From: the human T2T-CHM13v2.0 reference genome, Homo sapiens
DNA: 64,000 nucleotides
NCBI RefSeq assembly: GCF_009914755.1
Contig: NC_060934.1
Strand: one strand, 5' to 3'
Shown here one piece after another: positions 13,418 to 24,969 of this stretch (positions are counted from its first letter, which is position 1; every line of letters begins with the position of its first letter). The notes under the pieces were generated by a model, which did not search any database, was not told the DNA's origin, and saw only the letters and a list, made by a program, of their open reading frames with translations. The translations under genes were made by a program, and so were the position numbers.

Positions 13418-13512
13418 CTCTCTCTTTCTTTCTTTCTCTTTCCCTCCCTCCCTTCCTTCCTTCTTTCCCTTCCTCTGTCCCTCCCTCCCTCCTTCCTTCC
13501 CATCTTCCTTTC
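12836..13512. repeat. Compound polypyrimidine tract (CCCT/CCTT/CT/CTTT)
   Basis: About 670 nt that are almost purely C/T on the + strand. Confidence 0.97.
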
Positions 13513-14029
13513 TCAAAGTCTATAATTTAAATGTTAATTGCATCTATAAATACCTTTACAGAAACATCAGTACTGTTTGTAGGCTAAATGTCTGGGCACT
13601 GTAGCCTCACTAGTTCCTCATGGAGGTATAAGTAATGTTCAGGGGTCAGTGCCTCTGGCCCAGTGATGGTGGTCCGTTTGAGAAGGGCCCTGCAGTGCTC
13701 GACCAATAAGGCAGCCTTCCCGGGTGTGCACCTACAGGCTTTTAAGTCACATTATTAATGGTGTGATCAGACCCACGGCAGGTCTACCCCTGGAATAATA
13801 AAGAATGCTGAAAGATAGAGGGAAATGAAAATGATAATGGAGGATTAGGGAATAATATTTCAATCAAATATAAATAAAATCGGCTTCTTCCTTGGACTCT
13901 TTTTTTTTTTTTCTTTTTTTATTTTTAAAGACAAAACCTTTTTTTCAAATAGGGAAACTCAATTCTAGTAGACCATAGTGGCTGGCAACCTATTTTGAGA
14001 GAGATGGTTTGGAAGAAGAGCAGCTTCCT

Positions 14030-14425
14030 TAGGCCAGAACGAGAACCGCGCTGAAGCTAACAGGAGAGGTCTGAGGGCCGCAGCGCGGGGCCCGGCGGGC
14101 TGGGCAGTATGCTCCTCTCCAGCCTCAGGGGTGTGCAGGCTGGCTTGGCCATAACCACCAGAGGAGGAGCCGGTGGGAGACTGGGTCAGCTCCTACCTCC
14201 CGGGTCTATAAGCAGAAAACGTGGCTCACAGAAAACCACAGTGAAGCCGAGCCCCTTCCTGGGAGCTTTCCCTGCCCAGTGGTTGAGCTCTGGGGACTGG
14301 AACGGATGCTGTGGGTCCAGGACTGAGACAAGGTCCCTGGGGACGGGAGTGGTCCCTAGTGGTAGAAGTGGGGACTACACCCAGAATTCTACCCAGGTGA
14401 ACTGGAAGAGAAGCCCCCCGGGCAA
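14030..14425. promoter_or_regulatory. GC/CpG-rich non-repeat patch, candidate promoter or regulatory element
   Basis: CpG cluster (GGCCGCAGCGCGGGGCCCGGCGGG) in an AT-rich background, with TATAAG near 14207 and partial CTCF-like motifs. Confidence 0.45.
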
Positions 14426-14983
14426 GCAAATATGCCTTTTTTTTTTGTAGCCTCACAAAGGGTTACTAGGTTTATTAGGGTGAGGATGCAATGAATTTTA
14501 AAATATCAGACCAAAATTTTTATAATCAGTAATTCATACTCACTGTGGTTCCCATACCAAGAGCCAAGAGCAGAGACACCACTTTCAGTAGTAGTGTGTG
14601 GGTTTGGGGAAAAGGGAAAGGAAAGCAACCCTCCTGAGGTTGGGTTGGTAAAGAATAAGGGAAAATTACTTTTCCTTCTTTTCCCAAATAGTCCACACTA
14701 GCTTAAAAAAGGATAAGTTTATTTTTCAATAACTTAATTTATTAAAGATAGAACTGAACTGAAGCAGTATATTGGCATTTCTGCTATAATGTTATATATA
14801 AGATCACAAAAAACTTTATGTACTGCAAAATCATGTGCTAAAATATAATAAGGCTTCTGGGAAAAAGAATGTTGCAAATTTTTAACCACAGTACTGACAA
14901 AAACATTAGGAATCCTAGGAGAAAGAATCAGAGTAAAAATGACAGTTTCAATCCCTTAAAACCAAAACAAAATTGTAGGTAGC

Positions 14984-15356
14984 TGTATTAGTCCATTGTA
15001 ATGCTGCTTAGAAGAATCACCCGAGACTGGGTAATTTATAAAGAAAAGAGGTTTAACTGACTCACAATTCTGCAATGTGGGGAGGCCTCAGGAAACTTAC
15101 AGTCATGGCGGAAGGAGAAGCAAACACATACTTCTTCACATGGCAGCAGCAAGGAGAAGTGCAGAGCGAAGAGAGGAAAAGCCCCTTATAAAACCGTCAG
15201 ATCTCATGAGAACTCATTCACTATCATGAGAACAGCATGAGGGTAACCACCCCATGATTCAATTACCTCCTGCCAGGTCCCTCCCATGACACATGGGGAT
15301 TATGAGTACTACAATTCAGGATGAGATTTGGGTGGGGACACAGCCAAACCATATCA
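14984..15356 (-). mobile_element. THE1 (THE1C/D-like) solo LTR
   Basis: TGTATTAGTCC...CAGCCAAACCATATCA; 5-bp TSD GTAGC at 14979-14983 and 15357-15361. Confidence 0.92.
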
Positions 15357-15467
15357 GTAGCTTAACAGAAGTGGGTGAGCCACTTAATAAGCAGGTCCAA
15401 GAAAGAACAGGTGGTAAAACTGAGTTGAGTAGCAGAAAGTGCCACGAATGAATGTTGAAGGTATCAA

Positions 15468-15625
15468 GGCTTTTCAAACTCCAATATGCATATGAATAAC
15501 CTTGAGGTGTTGTTCAAATGCAGATTTTGATTTAGTCAGCCTGGAGTAGGGTCTGGGATTCTGCATTTCCAACAGGCTTACCTGAGATGCTCCGACTGTG
15601 AGCTTTTGGAGCACACTTGGGTCGC
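15468..15625. mobile_element. MER5-like hAT MITE
   Basis: AAATGCAGATTTTGATTTAGTCAGCCTGGAGTAGGGTCTGGGATTCTGCATTTCCAACAG. Confidence 0.7.
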
Positions 15626-17509
15626 CTGAATATGCAGTACTGTGTTGAATCCTCCATGCCTGGCTGTGTTCAGCTGGGCTAGTGGACTTTGCAGGAAGCT
15701 ATTGTTACTGGGAGGTACAAAATCTAAACTCCTGGTAAAAACTGTGAGTCAGCATGCCTTTTCTCCCATTCGGATATTCCCCAAATCGTCAGTCATGGAT
15801 GAGTTAATTTAGATTGCACAAACATGCACTGTAGCAAAACAGACTCTATTTGGGACTAGGAACTTCTTAACTTTCCTTAGAGAGAGATCTCTACTCTGCT
15901 AGTCCTTAGAATTAAGAAACATTAGGGCTGAAAAGAGACATGAAAAGCAGCCTGTTGAACACTTTCATTTTATAGGTGATAAAAATGAAGGTCTTGGGTC
16001 ACCCAGCTGGGTGGAGGCCCAGGTGGGACTGACCCATTTCCCCAATTGCCTTTCCACTCCATCTGGTGAGCATGGCTACTTCTTAGGAAGGAGATAGGTT
16101 TATTTTAGAGGCAATTTTTATATATTCTCCAGTTTTATAATTATTCCCACTGATTCCATTTCTGTTTAGAAGAGGCAATGACGCAGTGGCTGTTCCACTT
16201 CCTGCATCCTCAGATGAAGCTTCTGCATCAGTCAGGGATGTGTGTCTCTTTAGAAAATTCCCCTGTCATGTATTGTAATGTGCCATAGTTCTCTTGACTG
16301 CTCAGGCTTGTAGGTGTAAGAGGATTCCTGTGGGAAGAATCACAGAGGAATGACGGAAGGGATGGAACGGTGATTTGGAGAGGAGAAATCTCTTCTTGGT
16401 TCTCGGTTTATTGATCACGTCACTCCTAGGCATCTTGATAGCACAAAATCTCAGTGAATTTGGTTTAAAATGAACACGATTTCATGTGCATACAGCATAC
16501 AAGCAGAATGAGGGAAAAGAGTCTGTCATTCTCCATGGGCTGCTGGGAGAAAGGCTGCTGAGTTCTGGCAATGATTGATTTTGCTGGCAAACGGAATGAA
16601 CTGCACCATTCTCATCATCCTTCTGAACCTTGGATTCTTTCCTTGCTTTCTTTCACCAGGCAGATGATCACACTGTTCCCTTATAGGCTAAGACTTTGAT
16701 TCTTTCATTCTGCCTTTTGTTATTGATCGTTTTTCACAGATTTTTCTTTCACACTAGATTATGAACAGTTTTGCGTTGGCATATGTAATGACCAACTCTA
16801 AAAGAAACTATATGTGAGCAGGTGCACACACACTCATATGTTTATTACAGCTTTCACCAATGTAAAGAGTATATAGCATGCCACTTAAAAATAATAATAA
16901 AATATTATATCATATGATACCTTTTATTGTCAATTCCAGTTAGTCAGTTGATTCTCACGAGATGCTTTCGTTGGTATTAACTGTACTCCAGTAACTGCCG
17001 CCAACGCATGGTTGCAACTGAAGAACGAATGTACTTCTGCTGTGACAGTTGGCTGGTATTTCCATTTGCATTAGCAAGACAAAACTGAAACAATGAAGAC
17101 ATAGTTGTAACTTCATTCATTTTTCAGTAACATGAGTGATTACTGAATTGAGTGACAGTTTCCAAATACTGGAAGAATATTTCTTTCCTTAAATTTGTGC
17201 TATTCACGTCATAGCTACAAGCGTGGCAAACATTGAAGTACAATCTACATCATTCCCATTTTTTCTCATGGCTTCTTTAAAATAGTGAAGCTCAAATGTG
17301 TAATAGTTAATGCTTTCTCTGGTGAAAATCCTCCCACGAAAGCCAAATTTAGCCTCTTAATGCGATGTCCTTGAAGGAGAGTTGAGAAGAGGTGTGCAGT
17401 AGCCCTCACGGCACAGGTTTCCACCAGACAGAGGCAACATGCGAACCGGCTCCCAAGAGCCCAGGAAACAGCGCATGGAATAAAATCACTTGGAAGTGTC
17501 TGGGTACTT

Positions 17510-17597
17510 ATTATTTTTAATGGCAAAAATATTTTTAATTGCTTTTAAAAATTACCATTACTTTTAATGGCAAAAACCACAATTACATTTGCACCAT
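17510..17597. mobile_element. MADE1 (Hsmar1 MITE) remnant
   Basis: CCATTACTTTTAATGGCAAAAACCACAATTACATTTGCACCA. Confidence 0.7.
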
Positions 17598-17724
17598 ACT
17601 TTTCTTTTTAATATAATTTATTCAATTATAAGTTTGTATAATTTTTTAGATAAAATTTAAGTATTTCAATATAACTTATTTAATTGTAAGTTTGTATAAT
17701 TTATTTTTTGGACAAAATTTATTA

Positions 17725-17875
17725 ATTTTTTCTTGCTTTGTCACCTGAGCTGGAATGCAGGTGATGCCATCATGGCTCACTCCAGCCTCAGCCAACTAGG
17801 CTCAAGTGATCCTCCTGCCTTAGCCTCCCAAGTAGCTGGAACTACAGGTATGAGCCACTACATCTGGATATAATT
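17725..17875 (-). mobile_element. Old Alu monomer (AluJ/FLAM/FRAM)
   Basis: GCTCAAGTGATCCTCCTGCCTTAGCCTCCCAAGTAGCTGG. Confidence 0.8.
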
Positions 17876-19040
17876 TTTTAAGAAAGGCACTGTTGGTAGC
17901 CCATTTTTAGTTATAATGTGGCATATCAAAATAAGATTAAAGATATTCACCAGCATGAAAAATACTACAGTGAAGTATATAATTTAATTTTAAATAATAA
18001 CTGTATGTAACAAAAAGCACCCTAAATTCCTGAAAACTTAAAAATAAACCCTTGTGTGCGATCACAAGCCAACTCAAGCACATCACTGGTTTAAGGGCAA
18101 AGTCTATATCCTATTCATCTTTCAATTGATCTGCATACAGTAGGCACTTAATAAATGTGTGTTGCATTTATTTAAATTTATTAAATAAAAGATCTGGACT
18201 AGATGATTTTTAAAATCTCTCCCAATTTTAATGTTTTTCCTTTTTTAAAAAAAATTTCCACTTCAACGTAATTAAGAAAACATCAAAATATAAAGAAAAA
18301 AAATCATCACTTCTGGTCCTACTGCCCAGTTTTAACCATGGATAGCATCTTGATATATTTGTCTCCATTTTTTTTCCAATGAATGATGTTTACAAATTGT
18401 AAAGAAATCAACGAATGTAAAAGCATAAAGATAAAACTAAAAATAAGCATCCAAGCCAGGTACCCAGAAATTGTTATCACAATTGTTAGGCTGTTATTTC
18501 AGCACTTTTTCTATATATTTATTCAGAAAGAAGGGGAAGAATAAATAGATAATTATGTCTTTAATACATTTATAAAAATGGAATGATATGCTAGATGTTA
18601 TTTTTAAATTTGGCTTTTTAGATTTAACTAAATAGAAGAAAAATACTGAACAAATTCTTAATTTTTAAATAAATACCATCCCAAGAACAGCTATTACTAT
18701 TACCTAAAGATGATTTTAAAATTAAGAGAAGTTTTCAGAAATATTACAAGATTGCACTCCTTATGACATGAGGGGGTTTTTTTGTTTGTTTGTTTTGTTT
18801 TTGGTAAACTCATATTCAGGTTTTAGGAAAGTATCTGTTGATACTTTGCTTTGAAAAATGAAGGAATGAGTCCTTTCACAATCATTCAATGTTTCATAGC
18901 TCCCCTCCCTCAATGACAATTTTTGTTGCTTATAGTATTATTATTATTTTTTATTGTCTAGGTTTATAGCATGCATATTCTGTTCTATGACCATAACTTG
19001 TATAGTTATTAAGTGTTAGCTTTATATTTAAATGGCTTAG

Positions 19041-19412
<372 letters not shown>

Positions 19413-20581
19413 GATGAATTTTAATGCCAAGGAATTTTTTTTTTTAAATGAAAGAAAGGCTCCTAGGCATTACATTTCTTTAGTTCTTCCTTGTTTGAGA
19501 ATATATATGTGTCACTTTTATGTCTTCATGACATCTTAACTAGGTATGATATTCTTGGCCCCGTGACTTCTCTTCTCAGAACTTTGTAGGTATTTTTTGA
19601 TGTCTTCTCTTATTGAATGGTATTTGTAGAACACTGTAAAACCAACCATGATCACATCTTTCTTTAGAGCGACTCGCTCTCTCTGCTTGGTGCCTGAAGA
19701 ACTATTTTCTTTATCATTGAATTTCAAAATCTTTACTAGGACAAATCTTGGTGGTAAGCTTTCTATATCGAATTTCCCTAGGCACATTTTGCTTTTGCGA
19801 TTTGCAGCTTCAATACTTTCTCCATTTCAGAGACTTTCACTTCTATCTTTTCATACATCTTTTTGTCAATCTGTTGGATTTTTCTGCTGTAGGTACAATA
19901 ATATTCTCATGTGTTTTCTATTTATTAGTTTCTCCCTCATTGTTTTTTTCTATTTAATCTATATTGGAGTATTTCTTTTATGTCATTAATTTGATTTTCA
20001 GAGATGACTATTCTGTTTCCTGCTTTTTCTAATTAATGACTTCCAAAGGGATGTGGTTGTGGTTGACAATTTAATTTCTTTCATTTCCAATCTCCCTCTT
20101 GTTTCATCATCTTATCTTTAGGATGCTGTTTTATTGAATCAATACTGTTTTAAAGTTATTTTGTAGCAGAAACCAACTGTGAAGAGCCAATTTATACCTT
20201 CTCCTAGGTTAGGACCCAAATTTTCCCTTGCTGTGGGTTGTGTGTGTGTTTTCTAACTGTGTGATGTCAATATTATATAACATGCCTTTTCTTTCTGTCT
20301 TCTTTATGATTAGATGGGTCTTTCCAGACATGCCACTTGCTCACAAATATAATGGATAAATAACTATTTGACTCTCTTCACACTTTACTACTTTACCTGA
20401 CACTAGCTTTCTTCTTCTTTTTTTTTTCTTTTTCATGAGTACATGTAAAGGAAATGTTGGGTTCTATTGACCTTTATTTAGTCAGGGGGGATGGGTTTGG
20501 GAAAAGGAATGGATTCAGGTGAGTGAGCACGGAGAATTGGTAAGGATACTTGGGCTCCACACTCTCTTCTGAGACTTTTTA

Positions 20582-21197
20582 AATGGTAGTCAGCCTCCAA
20601 GGTGGCTGCAAATAACTGGTCCTCAGTTCCCAGTATTCACACCCTTGTGTTAGTCCGTTCCTACATTGTGTGAGGTTTCTGTGTGACCAATAGCACATGG
20701 AAGACCCAATGATATGTCCCTCCTGCAGGTGGATTATACAAGAAACTGCAGGTGGGTTATACAAGATAGTGCAGGTGGGTTATACAAGAAACTGCGGGTG
20801 GGTTATACAAGAAACTGCAGGTGGGTTATACAAGATACTGCAGGTGGGTTATAAAACATACTGCGGCTGCCATGTTGGTTGTTCTTACTGTTGGTCTCAG
20901 AACGCTTGCTCTGGAGGAAGTCAGCTGCCACATTGTGATCAGCCCAAACAGAGGTTTGTGAGATGAGGAAATAAGCCATGTGAGTGAGCTTAGAACTGGA
21001 GCCTACAGCTTCAGGAACTTCATGGCACTGCAGCTCCAGCTAACAGGTTGCTTGAAGCTTCATGAGTGACCCTGCACCAGTACCAGTGAGATTAGCCAGT
21101 CTTGTACTCTTGACCCACTGAAACTGTGAGATAACACTTGTTGCTTTAGTTGCTCAGTTTGGGGCACTCTGTTAAGCAGTAATAGATAACTGATAGA
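20582..21197 (+). mobile_element. MLT1F-like MaLR LTR
   Basis: TGGTAGTCAGCCTCCAAGGTGGC...GTATTCACACCCTTGTGT...GCAGTAATAGATAACTGATA. Confidence 0.75.
20723..20866. repeat. 23-bp minisatellite, 6 copies plus a partial copy
   Basis: CTGCAGGTGGGTTATACAAGA(A/T)A repeated. Confidence 0.95.
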
Positions 21198-21417
21198 ATG
21201 GCCTATTGTAACCATTCCTGTGCAGAAAGGCTGTCCTGAGCTTTGAATAATTTCTTCAAATCAGTGTGTTTCTCTGAGCCTTAACTCCCATCGGGAAGAG
21301 TTAGCCTCCATTATTTAAGGAATAGGGAAGGAGAAGGTGCATAAGACTCAGCAATGTAGGTTTCTTTCTCCATTTTGTCCATTTCCCTCACTAGAGGTTA
21401 CCATTATCACTTGGTTA

Positions 21418-22232
21418 ATATATTAGTCCACCGGGGCTGTGATATGGTTTGAATGTTTGTCCCCTCCAAATCTCATGTTGAAATGTAATCCCCAATGTTG
21501 GAGGTGGAGCCTGGTGAGAGGTGTTTGTGTCATGAGGGTGGACTCCTCATGAATGGCTTGGGCCATCCGCATTGCAATGAGTGAGTTCTTGCTCTGTTAG
21601 TTCATGTGCAATCTGGTTATTGAGAAGAGCCTGGCATCTTCCCCCACCCCTTGCTCCTGCTATTGCCATGTGATACACCAGCTCTCCCTCTACCTTCTGT
21701 CATGACTGGAACTTTTCGGAGCCTCAGCAGGAAGAGATGCTGGTGCCGTGGTTCCTGGACAGCCTGCAGAACTGTGAACCAACAAAACCTTTTTTCTTTA
21801 CAAATTATCCAGTCTCAGGTATTTCTTTATAGCTATGCAAACATGGACTGATGCAGGCCTGCCATGACGAAATACCACAGGCCGGATGGCTTACACAACA
21901 GAAATTTATTTTCTCACTATTCTAGAGTCTGGAAGTTCAAGATCAAGGTGCTGGCAGGGTTGGTTTCTCCTGAAGCCTCCCTTCTTGGCTTGCAGATGGC
22001 CACCTTCTCCCTGGGACCTCATATGGTCTTTTCTCTGTGTGCATTTCTGGCATCCCTCTGTGTGTCCTGATCTCCTTTCCTTATAAATTCACAAGTCATA
22101 TTGGATCAGGACACATCCTAACTGGCCTCATTTGGACTTAATGACCTCTATAAAGGTGCTGTCTCCAAATACTGAGGTACTGGGGGTTAGGACTTCAACG
22201 TATGAATTTTGGGGAGACAGAATTCAGCCCTT
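21418..22232 (-). mobile_element. MLT1A-like LTR split by an MST LTR
   Basis: TATTAGTCC...GGGCTG resumes after the insert as CCATGACGAAATACCACAGG...GGACTTCAACGTATGAATTTTGGGG. Confidence 0.8.
21440..21855 (+). mobile_element. MSTB-like solo LTR nested in MLT1A
   Basis: TGATATGGTTTGAATGTTTGTCCCCTCCAAATCTCATGTTGAAAT...ATGGACTGATGCA. Confidence 0.85.
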
Positions 22233-23936
22233 ATCAGTTAAAATAGTAGATAACACAAACACTCATTGATAGGATGCTTTTCAGATTTGGGAGTTACAGT
22301 AAAATATCCCAATATCACATTAAAATTAGTGATTGGATCTCTTCCTTGCCAAGCCCCCATTCTTAAATGGGGAGAATGATTCCGAAAGTTCTTATCTTCT
22401 GACCTAGGAGGGGAATGTGGAGGGAAGGATGAAACAGACAAGCCCATCTTGGAAAGAGGGCAGGAGGAGGATGTATCCTCCCAGCCACCATAGTCTCCTG
22501 GCCCAATCTTCTCAAGATGCAAATGAACAGAAGATCCCTGGAGCTGCTGAGCCACAGAGCCCAGAATCATCTCCATCAATATTTAAGCAGGAGAAGGTAA
22601 CACTCACCATGTGTGCCAAAGTACAGCTGGGATTTTTGTTGGGACAGATCAGAACCCTCAGTGGAATACTCTGAAGGCTACTGAGTTCATTTCATTTAGC
22701 TCATATAATGTGAACTTGCATTTTATATGAGTAAATTGTGTGGCTTCTATTTATCACAGTAGGTTTTACTGGTAAGGCTTTACAATATTTGTAGGTTTTG
22801 AGGGGGATTTTGTAGACTTCTGGACAGAGAAGGGAAGGGATTAGGAGATGACCTTTGTTGTGCCTCTCTGCCAGACTCCAGGGATAACTTCAGGGACAAA
22901 ACTCGAGGGATAAAGATAACTCTGTGTTTTTGTAGATTGCATCCAAAAAGAAATTTGTGGGCAGAAACTAGGTGCAGGATATATTAATTAATTTACTATT
23001 ATGTATCATTTGAAGGATCCTATGTGAATCCTCGGGAATCTAGTACAAATATTGTTCACACTTTACATATGAGGAAATAAGGCTCAGAAACATGGGTGGC
23101 TTACCCACAGTTATATAAATTAGTGAATGACTTCAAACAGGTTTTAGGACCCAAATCCCATGCCCTTTGCACAACACCATACCCACCCCCCCACCTTACA
23201 TTTCTCATTGGTGACTTGCCCACCTTGTCCATCTTTTAACCCTCCTGCTGAGTCCGTCTACTCAAACATGAAAACTCTGCTCCCAGATCTCTTTTGTCCT
23301 TTTATTAATTGCTATGTTGTCAAGTGTCTTCAGCCCTTTCAGAAAGCAGAATGTTTATTCCTTCAGTCACTCCTCTTCTTCTCTCCATTCTTTTCCTTTC
23401 ATGGTGGTTATTCTGAAGAATCTGAGATGCCTGCTCTTGACTTGACTGGCATTTAATTGTAGAACATTAGACCTCTGAGAAAGGAACACAGAGATCAACT
23501 GATCAAGCCCTTCATGTTGGAAATGAGGCATCTGGTCTCCATAGAAGCAAAGATATGAAGCCTAGGTCTTTATAAAGTCAGAGAAAAACCACAGGACAAG
23601 ATCATAGTTCTTCTGAATTCGTTCTGTTTTCTTCATCAACTTCTGCTTATCAATCCAAAATACTTGGCATCCTTCTTATAGTCGGTGACTTCCCCTCATC
23701 AAACCAAGATACTTCATTTCCTTCTTTTGAAATCCAGGGACCTTCTGCTAAGTGGAATTGGTGTTGCATCTGAGGATAAACACTGACTTCTTTACAGTCT
23801 TGTGCCTGTGTGAGAAAATTTCCCTAGGTATCAAAAATTAAGCTAGTGACCAGTGACCCAGTCCAAGTACCATCTGAGAATTAAAAAATAAATAAATAAA
23901 TCCAACTAATTAACATATTTATTCTATTTAAACACA

Positions 23937-24010
23937 CAGTCATCCTCCATATCTGTGGATTTCACATCTGTGGATTCAACCAAATATGGATTAAAAATGT
24001 TTGGAAAATG
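23937..24010. mobile_element. Tigger4/MER46-like terminal fragment
   Basis: CAGTCATCCTCCATATCTGTGGATTTCACATCTGTGGATTCAACCAA. Confidence 0.6.
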
Positions 24011-24799
24011 TTACTCAGCCTCACAATCCTACTCTGAAAATTCAACTGGTTATAGTTTCCATCCATTTCCAAAATTTTCACTTAGGGAAAATATCTGCTA
24101 ATTCAGCAGAATACTTCTCTCCTTGTGTCCTCACCTTATTTGTGTAGTTCACTCTCCATCCACCCAGTCCGTGAGTTACTAGCTATTCTTGCAATGGTTG
24201 TAGTGGCTGGTGAACATTGATCATATTCTCATTTAAGTTATTTATTTTCTCATATTGCCTATATTAACAAGAATTATGAGGAAAGTGATGATTAGTTTAT
24301 GGTATCGGTATGAGCATAATATTAATTATTACTACGATAGCTAGCACTTATGAAGGAGCACTATGTTCATGGCAGTAGCCTAAGCGTATTGTGTTAATTC
24401 CAGTCCTCTAAGGGGATACCACTATTATCCCTGTGTTATAAACAAGGAAGGTAAACACCAAGGGCTTGAGTAACATTGTGAAACAGAAAATGACAAGTCC
24501 ACACTGGCAAAGTCTCTGCGGAAAAAGTCTTATTCCTGTGCCATTATAGTAGAAGATTTTACATATGGCAAAGATGGAACCAAATGATCTGATGGGAGGC
24601 AATTTCTGTAAAGGTACTTATAGGTTTCATTATATGTCATTGTAATCTTACAGAATATCTGGGTATATCACCTAATCTACAAAAATGGTACAAATATCTC
24701 TGCTTTATATCATTGTCTCCAGCTAAAAAGGAAACAAGATATCACCTGTTTGGTTTGTTAGTTGAATTTTGCTAGGAAAGAGACTTTTGCAAGTTCCAC

Positions 24800-24950
24800 A
24801 TGACATAGTAGTTAAAAGTTTGGATGCTGGAGACAGAGTGTCTAGGTTTGAATCCCATTTTTATCACTTACTACTTTTGTGACTTAGCATAAATTGCCTA
24901 ATATCTAGTACCTCCATTTTATCATCTGTTGAATAGAGAAGACTGCAGTA
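24800..24950 (+). mobile_element. MIR
   Basis: CTAGGTTTGAATCCC...CACTTACTACTTTTGTGACTT...CCTCCATTTTATCATCTGT. Confidence 0.75.
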
Positions 24951-24969
24951 GCCCCACAACCACCCCCAC

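Larger units (their letters stand above)
16766..18088. mobile_element. hAT-Tip100 fossil (Arthur1/MER69-like) with nested MADE1 and Alu fragments
   Basis: Ends CAGTTTTGCGTTGG... and ...AAATTCCTGAAAACTTAA...CAAGCACATCACTG resemble the family termini. Confidence 0.55.

Noticed and set aside
12679-13604. Long ORFs of 223-283 aa on both strands
   Set aside because: They are translations of the C/T microsatellite, which cannot contain stop codons.
13898-14450. Minus-strand processed pseudogene (T tract as poly-A tail)
   Set aside because: I found no TSD and no recognisable coding frame; kept only as a GC-rich patch.
20723-20866. 23-bp repeats as a CRISPR-like array
   Set aside because: The units are head-to-tail with no unique spacers, in a primate LTR context.
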